Shown here piece after piece: positions 16,432 through 23,319 of a stretch of DNA of 47,977 bases (position 1 is its first letter; every line of letters starts with the position of its first letter). The stretch is taken from the IMG/VR virus record IMGVR_UViG_3300031555_001743, one strand, 5' to 3'. The notes under the pieces were generated by a model. That model ran no database searches, was not told where the DNA came from, and saw nothing but the letters and a program-made list of their open reading frames with translations. The position numbers were made by a program, and so were the translations under genes. The stretch is from a virus.

Positions 16432-16585
16432 CCTTGATGCACATCCTTTCATAAAAAAACATGATTTCTTCAAAAGTTGCTTTTTCAAGCACATGATAAC
16501 CTGTTATCTGATTTCCGAAGCGGTTTATCTTGTTGATCTTAGCAGCTACGTCCTCAGCGATCAGCTTAATACTTTTTTCGTTCAT
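16424..16585 (-). CDS. hypothetical protein (53 aa)
   Basis: Hand translation: MNEKSIKLIAEDVAAKINKINRFGNQITGYHVLEKATFEEIMFFYERMCIKDV. ATGA overlap with the stop of 16582-16812; fills the gap. Confidence 0.45.
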   Translation of the reverse strand: MNEKSIKLIAEDVAAKINKINRFGNQITGYHVLEKATFEEIMFFYERMCIKDV

Positions 16586-16812
16586 ATCACTCTCACGTCT
16601 CCTTCAAGCAGTGTTTCAAGGCTTACACCGCAGTATATTGCAATTGCCCTGAATTCGTCATAGCTGAACTGCCGCCAAGGTTCACGCATCTTGTTGAACC
16701 AAGTTGCCCTCTTGATTCCGCAGGCATCCATTAGCTCTTTAGCCGAATATATCTTCTGTAGCAGCTTTAGATTTTTCAAAAGCCTTGCATGGTCTTTCCG
16801 CACATCTTTCAT
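16582..16812 (-). CDS. small HTH protein (76 aa)
   Basis: AKELMDACGIKRATWFNKM helix-turn-helix-like segment. Confidence 0.55.
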   Translation of the reverse strand: MKDVRKDHARLLKNLKLLQKIYSAKELMDACGIKRATWFNKMREPWRQFSYDEFRAIAIYCGVSLETLLEGDVRVI

Positions 16813-16823
16813 GGTATCACTCC

Positions 16824-17213
16824 TTACTTATATTGTATAAAGTCCTCACCGTACAACTTGTTCAGCTCGTCAAATACGTGCCCCATGCCAAGGCCTCTGC
16901 TGTCCGGCTTCCATATTCCGTCACTGTCATACGCTCCGCCGTTTATACAAAAGTCGTACTGTTTCGGATGTGTGCGTTTTAGTCTTTGAAACCTTGTTTC
17001 TCCTTTTTCAAGATGTGCTCCAAAGCCACAGAAGATACATCCGGTTCTGTCACAACCTGTAGTACAAAGATAATGTATACTTAAGTCGCAGCCTTCAAGA
17101 GGCATCTGCCCCCCATAAAAAGATATTTTGCCATACACGGAAGCCATCGGTATGTTTTTCTCCTTTATGTACTGTAAAACATCATGTTCAGTCCAGAAAC
17201 TTATCCGTTCCAT
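16824..17213 (-). CDS. PAPS-reductase/DndC-like protein, C-terminal Cys-rich part (split gene)
   Basis: ISFWTEHDVLQYI ... CTTGCDRTGCIFCGFG ... THPKQYDFC. The ATG lies within the last 13 nt of the PP-loop ORF, in another frame. Confidence 0.55.
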   Translation of the reverse strand: MERISFWTEHDVLQYIKEKNIPMASVYGKISFYGGQMPLEGCDLSIHYLCTTGCDRTGCIFCGFGAHLEKGETRFQRLKRTHPKQYDFCINGGAYDSDGIWKPDSRGLGMGHVFDELNKLYGEDFIQYK

Positions 17214-17653
17214 TCAACATCACCATTAAGCTTTGCAATACACCTCTTGCTTCCTCGTTTGGCCTGCTGAATTGTGTAGGATATCTCCTTACTTATGACA
17301 GGATATCCATACTCACATATAACTTGAGTAAATGTCTTTTCCGGGTAAAGAATCCGCACGTTGTCGAAAGTCTTGACAAATCTCTGTATTTCAGGATATT
17401 CAAGCCCTGTATTCACGAATACAGCTTCAACGTCTGGATAAAGCTCTCGCACCAAATGAAGGAGAACTGTACTGTCTTTGCCGCCACTGAATGATACATA
17501 CACACCGTCAACTCCATAATGTGTCACCCACTCTCTTATGCGCTGCTGTGTTTTTAGTATTTTAACTTCGAGCGGCAATGATTGTAACATTTTTAATTCT
17601 TCAGGCGTTCGCACTTTTTCGTCTGTTGACATAATTTTCTCCTTTCCGCTCAT
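17201..17653 (-). CDS. PAPS-reductase-like PP-loop ATP pyrophosphatase, N-terminal part (split gene)
   Basis: VSFSGGKDSTVLLHL is the SGGxDS PP-loop. The ORF ends after about 150 aa, where family members usually continue. Confidence 0.6.
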   Translation of the reverse strand: MSGKEKIMSTDEKVRTPEELKMLQSLPLEVKILKTQQRIREWVTHYGVDGVYVSFSGGKDSTVLLHLVRELYPDVEAVFVNTGLEYPEIQRFVKTFDNVRILYPEKTFTQVICEYGYPVISKEISYTIQQAKRGSKRCIAKLNGDVEWNG

Positions 17654-17877
17654 TTTCCCATTTTCGGGAATTCATCAGCAAAAAAAATATCGCAAATGTC
17701 AGAGTTAGTTATGCTCAGAACGCTCTTTGCTCTATCAACTTCATCAATAGTGAACTTCGTCTTTCCGTTCATTCGTGAAGTAAGCGCATTATGAGAAATG
17801 CCTATTTTCTCAGCAAATTCGCCCTGAGTTAATTCAGCCCTGACAATTGCGGCTTTCAGTAAATTCGGATAAAACAA
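17650..17877 (-). CDS. Cro-like XRE-family HTH regulator
   Basis: LTQGEFAEKIGISHNALTSRMNG HTH; first gene of the leftward operon, divergent from the CI-like gene. Confidence 0.7.
   Translation of the reverse strand: MFYPNLLKAAIVRAELTQGEFAEKIGISHNALTSRMNGKTKFTIDEVDRAKSVLSITNSDICDIFFADEFPKMGK
17655..17670. promoter_or_regulatory. operator-like inverted repeat O1 (TTCCCA-TTTT-CGGGAA)
   Basis: Same 6-4-6 architecture as O2. Lies in the last codons of the cro-like gene. Confidence 0.45.
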
Positions 17878-17896
17878 TCAAATCACTCCTTTTTAT

Positions 17897-17912
17897 TTCC
17901 CGTTTTCGGGAA
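17897..17912. promoter_or_regulatory. operator O2 (perfect TTCCCG-TTTT-CGGGAA)
   Basis: The half-sites are exact reverse complements. Followed by TTTCTAAAT, as is O3. Lies just downstream of the leftward -10. Confidence 0.55.
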
Positions 17913-17923
17913 TTTCTAAATAT

Positions 17924-17952
17924 AGAATATCACATTATTTTTGATTTGTCAA
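17924..17952 (-). promoter_or_regulatory. leftward early promoter (TTGACA-17-TATTCT with TG extension)
   Basis: Minus strand reads TTGACA aatcaaaaataatgtga TATTCT, with a TGa preceding the -10. Confidence 0.5.
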
Positions 17953-17966
17953 CCCTTTTTCGGGAA
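17951..17966. promoter_or_regulatory. operator O3 (AACCCT-TTTT-CGGGAA, weaker left half)
   Basis: Shares TTTTCGGGAA...TTCTAAAT with O2 and overlaps the leftward -35. Confidence 0.4.
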
Positions 17967-17992
17967 AAATTCTAAATTTTTTGTGAAATATA

Positions 17993-18021
17993 TTGCAAAT
18001 GTGGGAAATTCATGTTATAAT
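17993..18021 (+). promoter_or_regulatory. rightward repressor promoter (TTGCAA-17-TGtTATAAT)
   Basis: Extended -10 with a perfect TATAAT at 18016-18021. The spacer contains a TGGGAA half-site (18002-18007). Confidence 0.6.
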
Positions 18022-18052
18022 AAAGGCACATCCATGAAAGGAGGGGCTGATA

Positions 18053-18457
18053 ATGGCAAAGGATGAAACAACATTAAGAGAACAACTTGAAAAAGAAATA
18101 GCTGAGCGCATGGTAGAACGCAGAAAGAGACTGAATGAAGCTGTGCAGACAAATCATCTGACATTGATAGAAATGGAAAAGCTGACAGGTATCGGTAAAT
18201 CTACCATACAAAGATATCTCGCAGGAGAGACAACCAAGATACCTATTGACTTCTTTGAAGCTATGGCAAAAATTACAAATTATCCTGTTGAATATTTAGC
18301 TTGCCTTGATAACGAAAAAAACGCCCCGATTCATGCGAATCGAAGCGAATTGACAGAAGTTATGAACAAATTATCGGAGAAGAATGAAGGTTTAGTCAAG
18401 GACTATGCTGACTTTCTTCTTCTAAAACAACAATCCCAAGTTCAACAAGACGATTAA
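18053..18457 (+). CDS. CI-like repressor (XRE HTH)
   Basis: LTLIEMEKLTGIGKSTIQRYLAGE HTH, AGGAGGGG SD, divergent from the cro-like gene. Confidence 0.7.
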   Translation: MAKDETTLREQLEKEIAERMVERRKRLNEAVQTNHLTLIEMEKLTGIGKSTIQRYLAGETTKIPIDFFEAMAKITNYPVEYLACLDNEKNAPIHANRSELTEVMNKLSEKNEGLVKDYADFLLLKQQSQVQQDD

Positions 18458-18663
18458 TAATTTCTTGAATCAAAGCATCCATATTCTACCACCCTTTAAA
18501 AAGATATGAGCCGCCAGTGGTGAGACTGTGGTAAAAGTAATTGATCGGAGGTATTTGCGATTGTAGTAAATGTTGACGGCTTAACTATATTATACTCATA
18601 CAGCGTTCTATAAGAGCGATTTTATGAAAAAATACCGTTTTGATATGAAAAAGGAGTGATTAC

Positions 18664-19254
18664 ATGAAAAAGATTATCGCAGTTATAGCATTATTATCCC
18701 TCTGTTCATGCGGTGCTCAGACACCAGAACCGACCGCAAGCGCACCACAAACAACAACAGAAGCTGATACAACCGTAGTTTCCGAAGATGAATCGGAAGA
18801 AGATCCCGTTCCGGAAGAAACAGAGGATGAAAGCTTAGAAGAATTTATATCACAGTTTGACTATTTTTGTCAGTCTGACCTTGAAGAACCGAAAAATCTT
18901 TATGAAGATGATAATATAACAGTCCTTCACGATTGGTGGGTTGTTGCCGATGATGTTGTATCTGTGCGCCTTATCGTTGAAAACAAGAGCAATTCAGACA
19001 TAGTTTTTGAAGCTGAGGACACATCTATCAATGATTATGATGTTGATATTTTCACCTATGAGAAAATATCAGCAGGCAAAAAGAAAGTTGTTTATGTCGA
19101 GAACCGCCCCGACGAATTGAAAGCTTGTCCGTTTAACGGCAGCGAGATAACAAATGTTGATATGCGTTTTTCTATCCGGAACGCAGAAGATCATAAAACC
19201 GAATACAAAACAGATATGATCAGCATAGACATTGAACAGGCTGAATCTGAATAA
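18664..19254 (+). CDS. prophage-encoded lipoprotein (candidate superinfection-exclusion factor)
   Basis: MKKIIAVIALLSLCSCG signal peptide with lipobox Cys, an acidic T/E/D-rich linker, then a beta-rich domain. AAGGAGTG SD. Confidence 0.65.
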   Translation: MKKIIAVIALLSLCSCGAQTPEPTASAPQTTTEADTTVVSEDESEEDPVPEETEDESLEEFISQFDYFCQSDLEEPKNLYEDDNITVLHDWWVVADDVVSVRLIVENKSNSDIVFEAEDTSINDYDVDIFTYEKISAGKKKVVYVENRPDELKACPFNGSEITNVDMRFSIRNAEDHKTEYKTDMISIDIEQAESE

Positions 19255-19262
19255 AAAATAAA

Positions 19263-19294
19263 ATCCCCTCTACCGTGCAACAGATAGAGGGGAT
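19263..19294. terminator. 10-bp GC-rich hairpin after the lipoprotein gene
   Basis: ATCCCCTCTA-N12-TAGAGGGGAT. The A-run is upstream on the plus strand, so the U-tract is on the minus-strand side. Strand of action is uncertain. Confidence 0.45.
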
Positions 19295-19369
19295 TGTTCA
19301 AGTATCGCTACCTGAACCGCTACAAGTTCATTGTAGCATACTTGACAAGCAATGTCAAGGAGTGATAAT

Positions 19370-20413
19370 ATGGCAGAAGCTAAAAAGTTACCATCAGGAA
19401 GTTGGAGAATCCGCATTTACGATAACGAACTGAAAAAACAAATCAGTTTTATGTCTGATCTGCCCGGAAAGGCAGGAAAGGCAGAAGCTGAGTTAATGGC
19501 TCGTGAGTATCAGCTCGGGCGAAAAAAGAAAAAGGAGCAGGGGAAAACAATAGGAGAGTGCATTGATGAATATATCGCATTGAAAGAGAATATTCTAAGT
19601 CCGACAACTATAAGCGGTTATCGAAAATACAGAAAAACAAGTCTCTCGGGCTTGTGTGATATCTTAATAAAAAATCTGACACAACAAGAAGTGCAAGCGT
19701 ATATAAACCGTCTTGCACTCACTATGTCCCCAAAATCCATACGTAATGCACACGGCCTGCTGTCTGCTGTAGTCAAGGTTTATGCTCCTGAGTTATATCT
19801 TAATACCACGCTGCCGAAAGTGCAGAAGAAGATCAAACAGCTACCCGAAGTGATAGATGTATGGAAAGCAATTCACGGCACGGAGATAGAATTGCCTTGT
19901 CTATTGGCTATGTGGTGTAGCCTGCGAATGTCCGAAGTCCGAGGATTGAAGAAGTCAGATATAAAAAACGGCATTATCACCGTTGAAAGAACCATAGTCA
20001 ATGCGGATAATGAGCATATCGAGAAGGACAGCACGAAAACAATTGAATCAACAAGGCAAATTGAACTTCCTGAGTACATTATATCGCTCATAGATGCCCT
20101 TCCAGAAGAACAGGAGTATATTACCCTTTTCAAAGATCATGCGCTTTATATGTGCTTTACAAGGCTATTAGAACGCAAGGGGATAAAACACATGAGTTTC
20201 CACGACCTCAGACACATGAACGCTTCTATCATGCTGATGCTCGGTATTCCTGACAAGTATGCAATGGAGCGAGGGGGATGGAGCACAAACAGCACCTTGA
20301 AAAGCGTATATCAGCATACTTTTTCGGCTGAAAGAAAAGCCGCAGACAAGAAGATCAACGACTATTTTAACAGTCTTTTAGACACGATTTTAGACACAAA
20401 CACCGATATTTAG
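19370..20413 (+). CDS. int: tyrosine recombinase / phage integrase
   Basis: Arm-binding-type N-terminus (LPSGSWRIRIY), LRMSEVRGL (Arg box), HDLRHMNAS (HxxR), GGWSTNSTLKSVYQH (catalytic Tyr). Start set at ATG 19370 behind an AAGGAGTG SD. Confidence 0.85.
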   Translation: MAEAKKLPSGSWRIRIYDNELKKQISFMSDLPGKAGKAEAELMAREYQLGRKKKKEQGKTIGECIDEYIALKENILSPTTISGYRKYRKTSLSGLCDILIKNLTQQEVQAYINRLALTMSPKSIRNAHGLLSAVVKVYAPELYLNTTLPKVQKKIKQLPEVIDVWKAIHGTEIELPCLLAMWCSLRMSEVRGLKKSDIKNGIITVERTIVNADNEHIEKDSTKTIESTRQIELPEYIISLIDALPEEQEYITLFKDHALYMCFTRLLERKGIKHMSFHDLRHMNASIMLMLGIPDKYAMERGGWSTNSTLKSVYQHTFSAERKAADKKINDYFNSLLDTILDTNTDI

Positions 20414-20437
20414 CTATATAGCGTTATTGTGTGGTTT

Positions 20438-20460
20438 TTCGAATCCCACCCACTGCGCCA
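20438..20460 (+). other. tRNA 3'-end fragment (putative attP core)
   Basis: TTCGAAT (T-loop) CCCAC (3' T-stem) CCACTGC (3' acceptor strand) G CCA. No matching 5' T-stem upstream, so this is not an intact tRNA. Confidence 0.6.
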
Positions 20461-20470
20461 GTAAAAAAGC

Positions 20471-20503
20471 CCCGATATACCGTATCAATTGCGATATATC
20501 GGG
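20471..20503 (+). terminator. 9-bp hairpin downstream of the tRNA fragment
   Basis: CCCGATATA-N15-TATATCGGG followed by AT-rich sequence. It could terminate the reconstituted tRNA after integration. Confidence 0.3.
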
Positions 20504-20608
20504 ATATTATTAGCATCGAGAAGTCTAATATATTAGACTACGTGTCTAATAAAACACGCCTATAATATATCATTTTAGACACAAATTAGACACGAAATTA
20601 GACACGAA

Positions 20609-20638
20609 ATCCCCTGCCAATCAGACAGGGGATTTTTT
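20609..20638 (+). terminator. rho-independent terminator (plus-strand polarity)
   Basis: ATCCCCTG-N9-CAGGGGAT followed by TTTTTT; abuts the stop of the last minus-strand cargo gene. Confidence 0.6.
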
Positions 20639-20967
20639 CATATTTCGTTCAACTTACGTATCACACCATTGTATAGCCGGGGCTGTATCGCTGATAGAAC
20701 AGATATCAATTCATCCATCACTGACAGAACATCCTTGATTGGTTTATCCTGCACTAACTGCCCAAATTCAGTCTCCGAGTAGTAGTCAACTGTTTCTTTG
20801 ATCGGCTCGGGAGCAGGCGCAGAAGAATATCCGCTTGTGTCAGGTTTGCCCTGTTTCTCACGGAGCAAAATGTAGTAAGCTGACAGTTTCATGCAAGTGT
20901 TAGCATTCGGGTTTCGTTCACCCTCGCATTCGGCTATTGCCGCTTTAAGATCGTCTATTGTAATCAT
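20638..20967 (-). CDS. cargo protein of unknown function (109 aa)
   Basis: MITIDDLKAAIAECEGERNPNANTCMKLSAYYILL...; last gene before attP. Confidence 0.65.
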   Translation of the reverse strand: MITIDDLKAAIAECEGERNPNANTCMKLSAYYILLREKQGKPDTSGYSSAPAPEPIKETVDYYSETEFGQLVQDKPIKDVLSVMDELISVLSAIQPRLYNGVIRKLNEI

Positions 20968-20983
20968 AGCGGCTTCACCGTCC

Positions 20984-21355
20984 TTACATTTCGTTCAGGA
21001 TTCTTTCAAGCTTCTTGCGCTTGTGTTCATCGGGCGCAGAATCAATAGCATCTTCCAGACGTTCCTTGAATTCGCTCTCGGCTCTGCTGTAGCCATCCTC
21101 ACGGCTGTAACGTCCCATGCTGTCACGGCGAGCGTTAGAACCTCTGCCACGTGCATTAGACATTCTGTGCATTGGCTCATCCCAATCACCCGAATATCCT
21201 TCTTCTTCCATTGCCTTGTTAGTGAGGATTGCAGTTTTAAACTTAGCCATATTCTTTCCGTCCTCAATATCGGCTCTGCTAAGCTTGCCGCCCATTGCGA
21301 CCTTATTCTCGAGTTCGTCAAGTTCCTTGTCGATGTATTTACAGATCTTATCCAT
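20984..21355 (-). CDS. cargo protein of unknown function (123 aa), Arg/Ser/Gly/Tyr-rich centre
   Basis: Helical ends flank ARGRGSNARRDSMGRYSREDGYSR. Confidence 0.65.
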   Translation of the reverse strand: MDKICKYIDKELDELENKVAMGGKLSRADIEDGKNMAKFKTAILTNKAMEEEGYSGDWDEPMHRMSNARGRGSNARRDSMGRYSREDGYSRAESEFKERLEDAIDSAPDEHKRKKLERILNEM

Positions 21356-21370
21356 ACTGTTTCACTCCTT

Positions 21371-21853
21371 TCATCTCAGCCTGTTCACGCCTGCATAATC
21401 GAACACGATTGAAGCGTTATTGATCGTTATATTCTGTGTACTTGCGTTGACAAGAGCCACGCTGTCACATCCGCAGAGGGATATAACAGGTACTATGATG
21501 CTTGTTCCAACATTGCCTGCAACCTCAACAGCCGCAGGAGTGAAAGACATAAGGCTTTCAGGAGCGATAACACCATCAACCGCAAGCGCAAGCTGTATTT
21601 CCTCAACTGTGCCGCCTGTCGGAATTTCGATGTTTGCGTGAACCTCAACCTCATAATTAGTCTCATAGATACGCCTGCAACCGCAGCCACAAGAGCAACG
21701 GTCCTGTGTAGGTGCGTTGCTTGCAAGCAAGAATACACCGCCTGATTTCTTAAAAACAAGTCCGTCATTGCAAGGACAAGGGCTGTTCAAGAATACGGCA
21801 GGCTGATTCGGTGCAAGATTCTGCGGTGTAACTATGCTGTAATTAGCTGACAT
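21371..21853 (-). CDS. Cys-rich protein, possible BclA-C-terminal/TNF-like beta-sandwich (160 aa)
   Basis: CPCNDG, CSCGCGC and CGCD clusters within an alternating beta-strand-like sequence. The fold call is a pattern impression only. Confidence 0.3.
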   Translation of the reverse strand: MSANYSIVTPQNLAPNQPAVFLNSPCPCNDGLVFKKSGGVFLLASNAPTQDRCSCGCGCRRIYETNYEVEVHANIEIPTGGTVEEIQLALAVDGVIAPESLMSFTPAAVEVAGNVGTSIIVPVISLCGCDSVALVNASTQNITINNASIVFDYAGVNRLR

Positions 21854-21867
21854 AGAATCACCGCCGA

Positions 21868-22779
21868 TCAGAAGTTATTACCGCATCCGCAGCTGTTATT
21901 GTTCGGGCAAGTAAAGATTGGCTGATTGCCATATACAGGCTGAGCCGGGATAGGACAACTGCGAAGCTCTGCCACAAGCTGATTTGCTGTTGTTGCCTGT
22001 GCAGCTCTGATTTCGGCAGTCTGAGCCACCTGCGAAGCCTGACCACGTGCATACATAAGTTCACTTCTGAGGTTAGCATTCTCTCTGCGTTCTGCATCAA
22101 GTCTATCCTGACAAAGATCATCCTTGATTGACTGAATGCCTGCTGTAAGAGCGGTAATGATGCTCTGTGTGTTCTGTGCAGCTTCGTAACGATCAGCACA
22201 GTTCTCCGTTGCTATGGTGTACTTGATATCGGCTGCCTGTGTTGCCTGATTGTAGCCATTCTGAGCAAGCTGTGCCTGAACATTGGTGAATCCCTGTGTA
22301 TTTGCTGTCTGCTCTGCGAACGATCTGTTCAGGCTTGCAAGTTCGTTAGCGTTCAGCTGCTGTCCGATTGCTACCTGTGCGCCGAAGATGCTGTTCTGAA
22401 TGCCATTTGCAGAATTAGCAAGATCATAACGCATATCACCGCAGCACTGACAAAGCTGTGTAGATAAGCCCTGCACACCGTCACGAATAGAGGTTACATT
22501 GCTGTTAAGCATCTGATCTCTGAAACCGTCATTGATGTTCTGCGAGTTGTTGAGCCACGGATAGAGACCGAAGCCCATGTCCATGCCGAGCATTCCTGCT
22601 CCCATCATGCCACCCATGCCATAGCCGCCCATGCCGCCCCATCCGAGCAACAGAAGCAGTAAAATCCATGCACCATCGCCACCGAAGAAACCGTTGCCGA
22701 AGCCGCCACCACCGTAATTCATGCCACCTGATGGCTGTACAAGCATTGTTGTACTCATGTTTTCATCTGTAAGAGCCAT
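21868..22779 (-). CDS. Gly-rich membrane-anchored Q/N/A-rich coiled-coil protein with Cys-rich tail (303 aa)
   Basis: N-terminus GGGGFGNGFFGGDGAWILLLLLLGWGGMGGYGMGG, a long Q/N/A-rich centre with spaced Cys, and a C-terminal SCGCGNNF. GAAAGGAG SD. Confidence 0.65.
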   Translation of the reverse strand: MALTDENMSTTMLVQPSGGMNYGGGGFGNGFFGGDGAWILLLLLLGWGGMGGYGMGGMMGAGMLGMDMGFGLYPWLNNSQNINDGFRDQMLNSNVTSIRDGVQGLSTQLCQCCGDMRYDLANSANGIQNSIFGAQVAIGQQLNANELASLNRSFAEQTANTQGFTNVQAQLAQNGYNQATQAADIKYTIATENCADRYEAAQNTQSIITALTAGIQSIKDDLCQDRLDAERRENANLRSELMYARGQASQVAQTAEIRAAQATTANQLVAELRSCPIPAQPVYGNQPIFTCPNNNSCGCGNNF

Positions 22780-22873
22780 ATTAAACTCCTTTCTCCCGAG
22801 AATTATTCGGGTAAGCGTTCACATCCTAAAGTGTGAACGGTAAAATTTATATCAAGGCTGTTGCCTTAATAGC

Positions 22874-22902
22874 TTGACAAATCCCCTGATCTATGCTATA
22901 CT
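22874..22902 (+). promoter_or_regulatory. orphan near-consensus sigma-A promoter (TTGACA-17-TGcTATACT)
   Basis: Perfect -35, 17-nt spacer and extended -10, on the strand opposite to all flanking genes. Confidence 0.6.
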
Positions 22903-22908
22903 TTCAGA

Positions 22909-22966
22909 TAAGATAAGAAAAGTTTTATATAAAGAGCGGCAGTCCTTCGGGGCTGTCGTTCTTTTT
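22909..22966 (+). ncRNA. candidate ~58-nt sRNA (promoter-to-terminator unit)
   Basis: Predicted TSS about 7 nt after the -10. A/U-rich 5' part, then a 9-bp stem CGGCAGTCC-UUCG-GGGCUGUCG and UUCUUUUU. There is no ORF. Confidence 0.45.
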
Positions 22967-22969
22967 GTG

Positions 22970-23173
22970 TCATTTGCTAAATGTAGAACAAAGAAGCTGC
23001 GCCATTTTCTCGTTACGTTCCTCAGCTTCATCTTCCCACTTTTTAGCTGCTTCATCTGCCTTTATTCTGCCGAGTTCGGCGGCAAGTGTCTGATAGTCTT
23101 TATAGCTAAGCTGTGTTTTGTTAAGTATAGAGTTGATGTGTGCTGTAAGCTTCTTTTCTATTTTTTCTTTCAT
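22970..23173 (-). CDS. K/E-rich coiled-coil protein (67 aa)
   Basis: Start set at ATG 23173 (MKEKIEKKL) behind an AAAGGGA SD. The track ORF extends into the repeat-rich non-coding region. Confidence 0.55.
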   Translation of the reverse strand: MKEKIEKKLTAHINSILNKTQLSYKDYQTLAAELGRIKADEAAKKWEDEAEERNEKMAQLLCSTFSK

Positions 23174-23222
23174 TTTTAATTTCCCTTTCAAAATTTTAAT
23201 TACTTTCGCAAAATTCAAGTTA

Positions 23223-23319
23223 TTTTGCGTTAACTTTCGTATTTCGCAAGTAGAGAAACGCAAAAACATTGCACATTTGCGTTTTATGAGCAATCTATAC
23301 GCATTTTATTGCACATTTG
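23223..23319. promoter_or_regulatory. repeat-dense control region inside the cargo cassette
   Basis: ATTGCACATTTG at 23268 and 23308. Inverted repeat TTTTGCGTT (23223) / AACGCAAAA (23257). Six TTGCG/CGCAA cores within 150 bp. Confidence 0.4.

Larger units (their letters stand above)
20378..20605 (+). other. attP region with arm-type TTAGACAC repeats
   Basis: TTAGACAC in direct orientation at 20378, 20390, 20575, 20586 and 20598, and inverted at 20542-20549. Palindrome GTCTAA-TATA-TTAGAC at 20523-20538. Confidence 0.6.

Noticed and set aside
18396-18482. 28-aa minus-strand ORF with AAGGGTGG SD, convergent with and overlapping the repressor 3' end
   Set aside because: It is very short, with no supporting feature beyond the SD-like purine run. 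It could be chance, and would only be worth revisiting if antisense transcription is seen.
19338-19375. TTGACA-agcaa-TGTCAA palindrome with GATAAT as an int promoter
   Set aside because: The implied transcription start would fall at or after the int ATG, making the promoter geometry implausible. The palindrome may still be a binding site, but I cannot support a call.
20438-20460. tRNA gene
   Set aside because: Only the T-loop, 3' T-stem, acceptor 3' strand and CCA are present. The upstream sequence is the integrase coding end and cannot form the rest of the cloverleaf.
20575-20605. Tandem ATTAGACACnAA repeats as a CRISPR array or satellite
   Set aside because: There are only three 8-bp cores with 3-4-bp gaps and no spacers. 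The same octamer flanks the attP core on both sides, which fits integrase arm-type sites.
21493-22199. Alternative-frame minus-strand ORFs 21493-21768 and 21858-22199
   Set aside because: They are fully nested in the better-supported genes 21371-21853 and 21868-22779 and have Leu/Arg/Gln-rich compositions typical of off-frame translation.
22874-23179. 101-aa plus-strand ORF
   Set aside because: Its TTG start is the -35 hexamer of a promoter, and it runs through a terminator hairpin and antisense to gene 22970-23173. It is better explained as a promoter-sRNA-terminator unit.
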